This document shows, in pieces, positions 12,560 to 24,999 of a stretch of 64,000 nt of DNA. The notes below the pieces were generated by a model. The model worked only from the letters and a program-made list of their open reading frames with translations, did not search any database and had not been told where the DNA came from. The position numbers were made by a program, and so were the translations under genes. The DNA comes from Octopus sinensis (taxonomy: Eukaryota): contig NC_042999.1 of the NCBI RefSeq assembly GCF_006345805.1, positions 73,594,001 through 73,658,000 on the forward strand, read 5' to 3'. Position 1 is the stretch's first letter. Every line of letters begins with the position of its first letter.

Positions 12560-13830
12560 TGCAAAGCTTAGTTCAGACCTCCTTCCTACCACACCTCAAC
12601 CAAGATGGTTCAACTAGCAGTACAACCTCATAATAACCTCCACACTTGCTTCACCTCCAACCCACCACAACATTCACTCAACAGAACTCTTACAAATTCC
12701 TCCTCCTCATTCAATCTCATCCCATGTGTGAAAACTGCCCTAATCACTCCAACCCAACAAGATGACTGGTCTTGGTGTCTTTTCATCAATTTCTGTATAT
12801 AGGAGTGTAGTTCAATTTTTGGAAACCTGTTGCAATGTGTGTCGCCTATATACATTTTCAGCGTATCTAAGACAATGAAAACAGTTGTTAATAATCATTA
12901 CCTTCAATTTCTCTTATTCTTTGGTAACTAGTAGTATGAATTCTGTTGAACCAGAACTCAGACTGTGCCACTTATCAATGGTCCACCTTACTCTTCAGAG
13001 ATTCAGTGAAAGTAATGTTGCATTTGACATCAAAGGTTTCTGTTATGTTTGACATAACTTTTAAACAAGGCTGACTTCCTATTGTGTCTTTCACTTGAAT
13101 TGGAAGCTTTCTGTTGGACTATAGCATTGGAGCCATATTCTATAAGCTTCACTATTCTCCAAGAATCAGTATTGCCACCTGCTTTCTACTTTCTTTGTAT
13201 TAATAACTTATTAGCTTGAGCATCAAATACGCCTATGCAGATGATACAACCATTCAATTCTCCTTAAGCTTTGGCATAAAGGTCTCCTCTACATACAACC
13301 TAAACACCTTACACTAAACATAAATTGAATCTATGAATTAACACGGAGAAAATCTTTTTGCAGCAGCATGGCAGACAATCTACTCTCAACAGCACAAGCT
13401 CATCACCACACATATCTTGGAAACAGTCTAGTTCAGTGCCCCTGGTTATAAGCAACATACACCTCAAACTTTCAGTGTCACTGCTGACATTGCTTCACAA
13501 TTTCTGATGAGCTCTCATGGTGACCTTACAATTGTAACATTACAAGTTGATTTGCTAAAAAATAAGACACCTTAATAGAACCTGGAAATTTATCAGCTCT
13601 AATCACTTGCTGATCTTTGAGACAGCTCAGATAACACTTAAATTGCAAGTATTGCACATCACATATCTGGAATTGTGCTGCTACCATTTCATACTTTAAT
13701 GACCTAGATCACATCCAAAAGAAGGCTGATTAGCAAAGATTTAATTAGCAACAGACTTCAACCACTTGCTTACAGATGCACATTTTATTCTGTCATTTCT
13801 ACTTTTTCTATTGCAACTACAAACTACTGC
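12560..13830 (+). mobile_element. Ancient decayed L2/Crack/Jockey-group LINE RT
   Basis: YAYADDTTI at ~13228-13254 and DLDHIQKKA near 13700, with many stops and frameshifts. Confidence 0.6.
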
Positions 13831-13884
13831 AATGGGTTCTGCTTCTCTGACACAGCTAACTGCATATCATATCTTCACCATCAC

Positions 13885-14130
13885 ATGGCTTGGTGGTTAG
13901 GGTGTTGAACTTATGATCATAAGATTGTTGTTTCAATTCCTGGACTGGGCAACATGTTGTGTTATTGAGCAAAACACTTTGTTTTGCATTGTTCCAGTTC
14001 ACTCAGCTGGCAAAATCTCAGTAATCTTGCTACAGATCAGTGTCCCATCCAGGTGGGGAATTTATATGCTATGGAAACTGAAAAACTCGCCCTTGTGGAT
14101 CAGCATGACTCAAGAAGGCAACTTTACTTA
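13885..14130 (+). mobile_element. tRNA-derived SINE
   Basis: A-box-like tggcttggtgg and B-box-like gtttcaattcc head. Confidence 0.6.
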
Positions 14131-14594
14131 CCATCTCTCTTCATTTTCTCTGATCCCTGAGCTCTTTTTCCAGACCTTGCTCCCCAACAATAATGGTCCT
14201 CTGGAATTCCTTCCCCACCTACATTTCACTACAATCCCCAACTTACAGGTGTTCAAACTGAAAGACAACTACAAAGTCATCAGTCTGGGAGTGTCTGCAG
14301 AAGTGATGGCCACTGACTGAGCAGACTTATGATTAAAGGTGTTCTTGCTATGACCACCTCAACTTATTTTCCGATGTAGTTTGTCTATTTATATTATTTT
14401 TCTTTTTATGACAGTGTGATGTAATTTGATGGAAATTTGTCTGCTACTTCTAGTATACGGGCTCCCTTATTGGCTTCTGTAGCTGCATTTTCTTTTTTAT
14501 TGGATTTTTGAGATATGGAAATCCAAAATGATTTCATGCTGATGTAAATTAATATAACTAATTTTTTAATGTTATTTTTATTGTATCTTTCTAG

Positions 14595-14715
14595 TGTATT
14601 GTCCAGTCTTATTTGCAATGGCTGCAGGACAGTGACTACAATCCACTGTGTACACTTTGTAACAAAGGTTTAGCTGAAGATGACTCTGGTGATTGTGTCA
14701 GATTAGTTTGTTATG
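14595..14715 (+). CDS. ZFPL1: ZFPL1 coding exon 2 (start of RING/PHD-like finger)
   Basis: tttctag acceptor. [40 protein letters not shown]. gtatgt donor. 121 nt, phase 1. Confidence 0.97.
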
Positions 14716-15816
14716 GTATGTATATGGTATTATTTTTATTTTGTTATTGTCATCATCATTCATTACATCCATTTTTTTCCATGCTGGCATGGGTTAGATG
14801 AAATATGTTGTAACAGATTTTCTATGGCTGGATGCTCTTCCAGTCGCAGCTTCCAAACTGCTTTTCAAGTGAGTTATTTTTCATTCCATTTGTCTGTAAT
14901 GTGTTGTTGCTGCGATGACAGTTAGACAATGTGTTGAATACTATTATTCCATTTACCAAAATTGCTTTGGCTATCATGCTGCATAGTATTATTTCTGATA
15001 ATTTTATTTTATAAACATTTGTCAGATGTACACCTGCAACTCTAGTAGTTCTTTATTTTGTCTAGAAATCATGTGGCAAGTTTCTTGCAGGTTTAGTAAA
15101 AGTTTGCCAAAAATACTTGAAGTAGTCCTAATATCATTCTGCAGCATCACTGTTAGATAGTTCTGTAAATTCTGATATTTCCCCAACTTAAAGAAGCAAT
15201 AGTTTAAATTTGACTTAATGCTGGCAAAAAATGAAATGGAAGTGTGACTATTTCCAGCTACATTAACAGAAATAACTTGTATTTAGCCTCATAAGATAGA
15301 AATCCAACCATAATCTGTTTATTCTTAATTTTAAGATTTTATGTTGTGATTGATGAACAATAGCATTATTGGTTACAGGTTGTCAATAGGCTACACACTA
15401 TTTCATTGTATCATGGTGACCGTGTTGAGGAATTATTTTATTCATGGGTCTCTTTCAGATTCTCTCTACTAAATCAACTAAAAAGGCTTTGGTTAACCTG
15501 GGGCTATAGTAAAAGATACTTGCCCAGGGCACTATTCTGTGAGACTCAATCTGAAACCACATGATTGCATAACTAACTTCCTAATCTCACAGCCATACCT
15601 GTACCTATATATGTCACCAATATATATTGCCAAATGACACACACATATGACAGGCTTCTACACCATCTCTGTCTGCCAAATACACTTACAAGGCATTGAT
15701 CAACCCAAAGATATGTTAGAAGATATTTCTCAAGATGTGTACTTGTCATTATTACTTTTGTTATGCAATCCAATAAAAAATAATCAAATGACAGATTTTG
15801 TTTATTTTATTTTTAG

Positions 15817-16010
15817 ATGTTTTTCATTGGGATTGTTTAAATCAATATGCTTTAAAAATGCCACCAAATACAGCACCAGCTGGCTACAGCTGTCCGACAT
15901 GCAAACATGGTATTTTCCCTGCCAGTAATTTGATGTCCCCTGTTGCTGAATCCCTAAGGCAGGTGCTAAAAACAGTAAACTGGGCCCGTGCTGGCCTTGG
16001 CCTCCCTTTG
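15817..16010 (+). CDS. ZFPL1: ZFPL1 coding exon 3
   Basis: tttttag acceptor. [35 protein letters not shown]...[14 protein letters not shown]. gttagt donor. 194 nt, restores phase 0. Confidence 0.97.
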
Positions 16011-16465
16011 GTTAGTACAATGTATTTTTCATTATTGACAATTGTAATTGTTAACTGTTTCTTAAATGCTGTAGTTCAGTCTTTTAATTGATCAATAATA
16101 TGTCAGTATGTCAAAATAGTTTTAAGATGTTTCGTAATGAAGTTATCAAAGTTTACTTCTGACAATTTTCAAGATAAATGAAATGAAAATCATTTGAAGT
16201 AATAAAGTTGGGTTTTTTTTTTATTTTTTTTTTTTCAATGCTGTGTCAACTTTTCTATAGTAGTATGATTAAAGTAGCATTTTTGAAAATTTCTTTATTT
16301 GTGTGTATGTGCTTACGTGTATGACAAGAAGTATAGAGACTGGTAGATTAAGTGAATTTTGTATAACAATTTAGAAATGATACAACAATGACATAGCAAT
16401 TAGAAATAATTATAAAGCAGCTATATAACAATTATTTAAAAAGTTGTTTATTTATTTGTCAACAG

Positions 16466-16736
16466 ATCAAGGAAGAAAGTCAGTCATCCAGCAAACACCT
16501 TTCTGAAAATGTGCATTCTTCCTCACCTCTGACAATCCACTCTACCTCAGTGAATGTCCCAACAGTTCACAGTCCTACTGATGCAAAGAAGTCTAGTCCT
16601 CAGTATACTCGTCCAAGTGCACAAGTTAGTCCTTACACTAGTACACCAACTCTTGCATCTTCATCAGCATCTACACATAGTATTATCAATCTGGATCCTG
16701 GCACAACAGCCAGAGGAGAAAAAGGACTTTTTAATA
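16466..16736 (+). CDS. ZFPL1: ZFPL1 coding exon 4 (Ser/Thr/Pro-rich linker)
   Basis: aacag acceptor, open frame IKEESQSSSKH...GEKGLFN, gtaagt donor at 16737. 271 nt, phase-compatible with both neighbours. Sequence is poorly conserved, as expected for this linker. Confidence 0.88.
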
Positions 16737-17867
16737 GTAAGTAATGATTTTTACATACTTTTCAGTAGTAGTTCATATCTTCATCATAGTGTACATAACT
16801 CTGAAATACTTGTATGCTAAATAAGTAATGTCATTGGAGTTTGGAAATAAAACTTACCAAATTGCTACTCACTCACTTACCCCCTCTTCCTAACACATCT
16901 TCACTCTATCTTTTCTCATCACCTGACACAAAGACAACCCCTTCAATACTAAAGCCCCTTGGTTGTGGGTCTCGTTTTGCAAGTTACTTGGTGACCTCAC
17001 TTGTGTCAGTGCCACATAAAAAGCACCCAGTACACTTTATAAAGTGGTTGGTGTTAGGAAGAGCAACCAGCCATAGAAACTATACCAAAGCAGACTTTGG
17101 GGTTTGGCACAGTCCTCTGGCTTATCAGCTCCTGTTGAACCATCCAACCCATACCAGCATGGAAAACATACTAAATGATGAGATTCGTGATAGCTAATGT
17201 TATCCATGTTCATTAAATATTTAAATAGAAATAATAATGTGATGATACTTTTTGGTTTTTTAATTAAAAAATTTGAATCATAGATTTTACAGGAATTTGT
17301 TCATTTGTTTTATGCCTTTTTTTTCTGTGCTTGCATGAATTGGGTGAATATGTTATTTGAGACATTGTTTTACAGCTGGATGCTCTTCTAAGCTCATTTA
17401 TTTCACACAGCTTCAAAAGCTTGAAGTCCTTGGATGATTTGTTGACAGGAGAAACTGACTACACTACCACCTACTGCACTTTTGTATGAGCAATTGCCAA
17501 TGTAAACAAACATATACACACGCACACGCAACTTTGGTTGGGCCATATCTGTATCAAAAGGCACTTGTCCAAGGTACCATGCAGTGAGACTAAACCCCAA
17601 ATGCTGTGATTGAGAAGCAAATTTCTCAACCACACAGCCTTGTTTGAGTCAATACCATTTCTTAGATTTAAATTGTCTTTTGTTTTATGTTTGAAGAAGT
17701 TTATCATATTCCTCATTGATGCTTTCATATTAAATAATGTAGCTCTACATATCTTTAAAAAGACAAGATATTTGTTGCTAGAAAGCCTTGATCATAAGTC
17801 TACTCAGTTTGGGTTAACCTGGCAGGGAAACATGTTTTGAATTATTCAGTTTGGTATTCTCACATGA

Positions 17868-18175
17868 AAAAAATGTGGCACATGAAAAAACATTCAAGCG
17901 AGGTCATTGCCAGTGCCACTGGACTGGCTCCTGAGCAGGTGGCACGTAAAAAGCACCATTTGGGCGTAGCCGTTGCCACTTGACTAGCCCTTGTGCCGGT
18001 GGCACGTAAAAGCACCCATTACACTCTTGGAGTGGTTGGCATTAGGAAGGGCATCCAGCTGTAGAAACTCTACCAGATCAGATTGGAGCCTGGTGCAGCC
18101 ATCTGGTTCGCCAGTCCTCAGTAAATCGTCCAACCCATGCTAGCATTGAAAGCGGACGTTAAAATATGATGAATA
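17868..18175 (+). mobile_element. RTE 3'-UTR-only copy (short truncated LINE or RTE-tailed SINE)
   Basis: Matches 46205-46523, the tail contiguous with an RTE ORF. Confidence 0.85.
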
Positions 18176-18216
18176 ATAATATCAAAAAATACCTTAGGAA
18201 TGAGAAATTTCCCCAA

Positions 18217-18262
18217 GACACCTTATGAAGGCTGGAGGGAATATCAGCCGAAACGTTCTGTT
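18217..18262 (+). ncRNA. Degenerate minimal type I hammerhead ribozyme motif in ZFPL1 intron 4
   Basis: gacac-CTTATGA-a-GGCTG..CAGCC-GAAAC-GTT-ctgtt. The core has G5->U and the first helix I pair is broken. Confidence 0.7.
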
Positions 18263-18369
18263 AACAACAAATAAGATGAGGACAAATATCTGTCAAATGT
18301 AAATAGTGTACAAAATTCAACATCTCTTAAATATAGAACTATTTTTTCTTCTCTTTTTCATTATTTAAG

Positions 18370-18484
18370 GTCCTAGAAAGTTATTTGACTCTACAAAAGA
18401 TGATGTTTTCAATATGTCACATGACCATGATGAAGACAAATACAGAAGACGGCCTGCTCTCAGTTGGTTAGCAAGACTTTTTAA
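18370..18484 (+). CDS. ZFPL1: ZFPL1 coding exon 5
   Basis: tttaag acceptor. (S)PRKLFDSTKDDVFNMSHDHDEDKYRRRPALSWLARLF matches the conserved PRK..D..DKYRRRPAL.WLARL motif. gtaagt donor, phase 2. Confidence 0.95.
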
Positions 18485-19822
18485 GTAAGTATTAATTTAT
18501 TGTCACTAAAACTAAGAAGAGAATCAAATACAGTATGCTGTCACTAGATCTCAGAATCAGAACTGTAAGGTATAAACTAACTGAATACTCATCATTTTAA
18601 GTAAAATTATTGATGTAAATGTTTCCTAGTACACTATTTAGCTTCAATCTCAAAACATTAACATTTTCAAATGATCTGGTACTTATTCTTTAGAAATATG
18701 TAAACTAAGGCTCAAAGAATGCTTCATGCTGTCTACTGATACAAAGTCCAGTAGCATTTAACTCATTACAGAATCCTCTACATGCTAGAAATAATAACCA
18801 AATCTTCCTCATACAAAGCCTTACCATTAAAATGTGACTAACATTGTTTTAGATACACTGAAAATAAAGATAGGGATAATCATGGCTGGAATGTCTTTGA
18901 TTATAGGTCTGCTTGATTAGCATTGGTTAGGGTTAAACCTATTTCTCTTATGCATTCAACCATTTTGCCTTTACTCATATTTTGGCCACAGAAGTGCAAC
19001 AGTCTCCTGTTGACTCACCATACATGAAGAAGTTGTAATGTATTATACTAGACAGCACAAAACTAGACAGAAAAACATTAGTAGACTACAAATCTATACT
19101 TTACATAATTCCCTACAAAACATAGATTAAACATGATGGAACTAATATTCATAACACAGGAAAATGCTAAAATAAACGCACAGACGACAAGCACCAGTTG
19201 CCGACTAATGACATATGTATCAAAATTCAAATCTCAGTGGTCACCATACATCAATCACATTGGATAATGGTGATCATAGGTCTGCTCAATCAGGGCTAAC
19301 TTGAAGCTAAACAATGCCTTCAGCTCTGAGAAAGTAGCCCCATTTCCTTGCAAAAGGCAAAAGATAAGAAAGTAAACTCTGTTAGAAAATCAAGATAGCT
19401 GAAAGAGGACCTGGGGCATCTAGACAGCCCAAGATTTCAAAAGTAAGAAAAGTTGCCATTCATACTAGCTTTGAAAAAAAGCTGATAAAAAGTTGTAAAT
19501 ATATAATGTATATTGGTCAGACAGTTTGCAATATAATTCTGCTAATATATAAGCCTTGAGTTCTAGTTCTGCCACAGGTTTTGTGCTTTGGGGCTTAAGT
19601 ACATAGTCTCAGTTTGCTGTTCTGAAAATATTTATTCTTTCTCTCCATAGTTAAGAGATAAAAATGAAAGCTATTGGAGTTGAATTCTAGTTCTTGCAAA
19701 TATTTTAATTTATTGAAAAACAAAATGATAATGACATTAGATGGAATACCAGTCAAGTCTTCCTCAAAACGCACTTTACTATCTGAAAAAAAAAGTGGGC
19801 GGTAGGGAACATATTAACTATA

Positions 19823-19930
19823 TTTTCACTATGTCACTGACCATGATGAAGACAAATACAGATGACAGACTGCTCTCATTTGGTTAGTGAAACTTTATAA
19901 GTAGATATTATTGGTTTTGTCACCAACTAA
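19823..19930 (+). pseudogene. Degenerate intronic duplicate of the 3' part of ZFPL1 exon 5 plus its donor
   Basis: Aligns to ~18405-18515 (atgtcac(a)tgaccatgatgaagacaaatacaga...) with a 1-nt deletion and an AGA->TGA change. Confidence 0.85.
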
Positions 19931-20532
19931 CAATAGCCCAAGATTTGCAGATTTCCAGTATGTATTTAACCTGGCTTGAGAGCATTCAAATTGGCCCAAA
20001 CCTATAATTCATTATGGGAAGAATGGAAGATAAACTTACAGTTGTTAGTTAACCCCTGGTCAGCTCTGATCAAGTGCATCAATGATCAAAATTGTTCCAG
20101 CCTTGACCATCCCATCTTTTATTCAAACAGAATATTCTAGGGTTACATTATCTAATGTGTTCCTTTGTTTAAGAATGTAGGGTGTGATTTGAGGATTTGC
20201 TTGCTATTTGTAGCAGGTCAAGTGATTATGTAGAGGCTCTCTCTCCTTGGTTTGGATTGGAGTTGTTAGTAATAAGAGGTGCATGTAGTTATAGTCATAA
20301 TTTGACCTAAAAATAAGTTTAGCTGGCATAGAAAACTGAATAATGTAAATTAGCAGTAAGATATATGAGGATTTGGATGTGTTGTGATCATAGTAAATAC
20401 TTGATGATGACTCACAAGTAATGAGACAAATAGTAGATATTATATCGGTGTTAAGGAAGGATTATTTTCATGATAAAATTGTTGGAAGTATGAAATATTT
20501 TCTTTTTATTTCACTATCTTTTCTTTTTCTAG

Positions 20533-20770
20533 AACTAATGACTCTTATCGATCAAAAGACCCCAATGCAACAATGAAAAAATTTCTTGTTGTTCTTGTTA
20601 TTGGTTTGATTGGCTTTATAACTGTGGTTATGGTCTTCTCACATCTTGGCCACATGGCAACCCAAGATGATCCTGCTTTCAATCCACTGGCAAATCCAAA
20701 CATCCATGTTAAGGACCAACAGATGCCCAACGAAGAAATCATACAGCAGAAAGTGAAACCATTTCAATGA
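20533..20770 (+). CDS. ZFPL1: ZFPL1 coding exon 6 (transmembrane anchor and lumenal tail, stop)
   Basis: ttttctag acceptor. KTNDSYRSKDPNATMKKFLVVLVIGLIGFITVVMVFSHLG...DPAFNPLANPNIHV...PFQ*. The six exons total 1041 nt (346 aa plus stop). Confidence 0.95.
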
Positions 20771-20860
20771 TCTTATCAAAGATGGAAGGAGTCAGTTGGC
20801 ATTTTTGTTTCCTGGTAAAATATCTTATAACTTAACATAACAGCTGTCTTGCATCAGAAT

Positions 20861-20866
20861 AATAAA
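20861..20866 (+). terminator. Candidate proximal polyadenylation signal of ZFPL1
   Basis: AATAAA 90 bp after the stop codon. Confidence 0.35.
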
Positions 20867-21872
20867 TACATAGCTCCCTGCTTTATGACAAAATTCTTGA
20901 AGGAACCAAAACTGTTTAGTATTTCTTTAGAGTCATTGTTTGGCATTTTAAAGAAATTTACTTCACATCATTAAATAACACATTTACTGAAAACTTGGAG
21001 AAAAAATACAAAACAAATATAATGTCTGTCTTTAATGTTTAAAGTTTAAATGGACATCGGACTTTTCTTCAGTGATGCTAAACTGCATGGATATGCACCT
21101 TTTTTAATCTAACTGCAGAGAAGTTTGCAGTGAGTTACACTGTGATTGACTGTTAAAACAGCATTTAGTGCAGTCACTAAACTTGGGAACAAAGGGTATC
21201 TCTTCAACAAATCAGACACAAACATTTTTTTTGATGTCAGTAAACTAAAAATTTTAGGTAAAAGCATCAAAACACTCTACATTCATTCCAATATGACAAT
21301 AGAAACAATCAGGTGTCTCTGTGATAAACATAGCATCAATATTGTTTACTTGGGAACTTTTTTGTGTGTGTGTGTTAATTTTTGTAAAAAATTTTGTTTT
21401 CTACAATATGTAACTGAAATTTGCAGACATGTTTTCTATCTACATGGCATCATAAATTATATATCTGGATAGATTTCAGCAAGCTTAGCCAACAGTTTGG
21501 CTTTGCTTTTTGTTTGTGACTTTTCATTTAATGTAGATCACTAAGACTCATGAGAAAGACAAAAATGTCATAACTCACACTCTCTCTTTCTCTTTCACAG
21601 ACACAGTCTAAGGTTAGTCATTAACTCAATCATATATATGTATGTAATTAAGATTCTGATCAGTCAGCTGGCATAGGCTTATTGTCTCAGATTTTAATTA
21701 TAGAAGCAGTAGATTATAGGCATTTCTAACTTTTTCTAATGCCATTAGTAACAATTACATACATGAATTAATAACCATAATCTCTATGTTCCAATTTTAG
21801 TATATGTATGTTGAAGTAAGTTAATAACAATCATAGAGCATTTATGAAAGTTCGGTTTCTATTTAAAAGAAA

Positions 21873-21878
21873 AATAAA
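21873..21878 (+). terminator. Candidate distal polyadenylation signal of ZFPL1
   Basis: AATAAA followed by a T/GT-rich tract (tttgtttttgctgtgtcttt). Confidence 0.4.
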
Positions 21879-21989
21879 CTTTTGTTTTTGCTGTGTCTTT
21901 CAAATACACATTGAAGATATTTTGATGTTTCCTTCAAAATTAGATTTTACATTAAGAAAAAGACTGATTTGAAAATATTGCTATTTTAG

Positions 21990-23620
21990 CTATATCTTTT
22001 CTTCATTGTTGTGTTTGCCTAATGAAAATATCTCATTTTTCATTAAGTAATTTTCTTGGTAATCTCAAGAAAATATATATATCATTAATACAGAATTCGT
22101 TACGATATTGTGTTGTTGCTTAGTTACCTATAATTAGACTGGAAATTACCTTCTGATAAGATGTTAGCAAATATTTATTGACCAGATTACACATTTTAAA
22201 GAACTTTTTCACAATTTTCAGGACCAATAAGTTATTTGTGACTTTGGAACTCTAAGATTATTTCATACCATCATCATCTTTATTATTACAATAGTTTTAT
22301 TTGTTTACTTGATTTAGATCTATTAGCACATAAAATCAAAACTTCTGAAAACAAAAAGAAAAATGCCAGTTAAAATTATCATTGCTTGTTACTTCTAGTC
22401 GTAAATTTCTGTTTTCCTGATGGAATACTTTGAAACACTGAAAGTGTTAACAATCATACTTTGTCATAAAGTTTTCAGACTTTATTTTATCTTTTAATGA
22501 TTTGGTCAGAAGAGGAATTACAGGTGATGGAAGAAGAGGAGAAACTTCACTCATAAGGCTTTGGTCAAACTAAGGCTGCAGTAGAAGATATTTGCCTAAA
22601 GGGCCACCCAGTTGCATTGATTCTGAACCTATGTAGTTGCAAAGCAAACTAATTAATCACAAAGCCATCCGATTATAACAAATGGATCTTTTTAGCACTT
22701 CTAACTTAAAACTAACAAAACTACAGATAAAACTGTACAGTGATTTGCGATTACTTTCCTTTGGAGGGGAAAATGTTTAAAAACATTGCCCATCCTAAAT
22801 TGACAATATAATTATCTCCCTTTATCGAACAACATGCTTTGATGGACAAAGTAAACTGTTTACAGCTAATAAATTAGAAGGCCCTTTCAGATTCTTTCTC
22901 ATCAAATATTTATCATGTCTATTTATGTGGTTTCATTTTAGTTTGTTTGATGCCTCCAAAGCTTGTGTTAACCCTTAATACATGTGATTGGTTTTCATTT
23001 AAATCTAATTGAATTGAAATATTGTTCTTTTTTATCAGACAAGTATGTGCCCTTCTTCATCTCTGGAGTAGATCCTTTAATGAAGTTTAGTCCATAAATG
23101 TTACCCTGTTTGAGGTTTGATCCAATCATAGTAATGATTATTGGAAGAATGTTAGTGTTACTCTGTAAATGTTGTGTTATCATAACCACAGTGTATAAAT
23201 CAGTGGTTTTCAATTTATATTCAAGTATACCCATCCCATCACTACCCAAATTATATTTAATTTGTAGTGTACTCTAATATTTTCATTGGAATATTTAAAA
23301 CAATCTATTGACATTTTGACTTTATTCCAAGTCTTGAATCTCCTATAGATACTAAAGGTGCTCTCTTGGCTGAAAAAACAATGGTATTTCAATATATGGA
23401 GACAGTTTTTAAAGTGAAATTTATCATGACATCATAGGCAGAGCAAAAAATTGCAATATTTTTGTTTGCAAAACTATTTTTATGTATTCATTTTAAAAAT
23501 TTATTTAATTTGCTAAATTGACTTAGTTTTTTTTTATAATTCTAGTTCTAATCTTTCATTAGAAATTTACTTTTTAATTTTTGATACCCATCTATTCTGA
23601 GTAATAAAGTGAGATCATTG
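21990..23620 (-). pseudogene. Fossil RAG1-like/Transib-superfamily DDE transposase
   Basis: By-eye motifs on the minus strand: IQDLE*..KYNLGSDGMG (D at 23238-23240), HDKYLMR..SLLC (D at 22912-22914), MIILTGIF and PENCEKVL..FANILS..LSN, at spacings close to RAG1. Many stops and frameshifts; interrupted by a SINE at 22546-22670. Confidence 0.6.
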
Positions 23621-24369
23621 ACATGTTCATAGTGAAGACCCTTAAATCTTTCTGACTTAGTACATTTACTTTATTGTAAATAGATATCCATTGCTAAATG
23701 CAATGAGTTCAAATCTCCCTGTAAGTTTGGAGAAGGAGATGGAAACACTTCATTTGTATCATTTTCTGTAAACTCTTGCAAGTGAAGCATTCAAAGATTA
23801 CTTATTGAAGTTTGATTCACTTATTGTTGAAAGAATCACATAAATGTTTATCATCGTCATTATCATTGTCATATGCTATATTCAGCCCCAACCTAGGTGA
23901 CCACATTCCTTCAGTGTGATGGCTTGAAAGTGGTTGTGTTGCAGAAAAGAAATACTATGAGTGATCCTTTATGTCTCCCTACAACACAGTGCAAACATTT
24001 TGAAAGAGAGGAATTTATCCCAGCACTTGACTTATACTTTATTTTATCAAAGGACAAGAGGCAAAGTTGACCAGTGTGAATAGCCAGAACAAATACTGCA
24101 AAACATTTGTCTGACGTTAACAATTCTGCCAATTGACTGCCCAATATATGTTAATAAAATTATAATTGTTCAAACTAATTAACTTGCATGTTTAAAGATA
24201 AAACAAAGCTTCAGTATATACATTTACACTACCCTACTTAACTGTAAATATCAAAAATATTTTGTCTTTAAATATGAGGTTAAACAATTATAATCAGGCA
24301 TTTAACACCATAAATGCTGTCATAGGGAATGTTCCTAGGAATAACAACATACCATACATTTACCCATAT

Positions 24370-24401
<32 letters not shown>

Positions 24402-24999
24402 GTGACCAGGATATTTAAATGCAGTGAATGAAAAAACAAATTTATTGTATGTACATGTGATATTGGAGATAATTAAGACCTTTTGCATAAAAAGTAAACA
24501 GCAAAATATTTAAGTTCACCATTTTCTGTTTATATATTTATTGAAAGATTTTATCTAGAATTTTAACTAGTTTTCCTTTCATTTATTCAGTTTATTTTTC
24601 TCTCATTGATATAATTTCTCCTTAAGATATTTTATCACTGATTGAGATTTAATTATATATTTATTTGCATTAAATATTCATGGAAAACAAGTATCTTTCT
24701 GTTGTATTTGAAACTATTTAATCCATGTTCTAACAGTGTTTTCATTTCAGTTTCTTCCATATATTAAGATGTTTTAATTCTAGCTGTTTGAAGCTAGATA
24801 TTTGTAAATCCTTAAACTACTAATAAATTTAATTTATTACTTTCAACAATTTATGTTTCATTATTTCCATTTCACAACTAATATATATTGTACATAACTG
24901 ATGCAGTTCTTAAATTTTATTTTTACTCAGATCTTTTATTCACCTTTCTAGCCAAGTAAGATCAAAACACTTGATGTTCAGTTTAAGTCACTGTATGTT

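Noticed and set aside
21146-21472. ORF as a possible convergent RAG2-like gene
   Set aside because: No kelch-like or PHD pattern is recognisable, and it probably lies in the ZFPL1 3' UTR.
23187-23193. RSS heptamer CACAGTG near the RAG1-like fossil (also 23985-23991)
   Set aside because: No nonamer at 12 or 23 bp. One copy lies inside the fossil coding region and the other inside a SINE.
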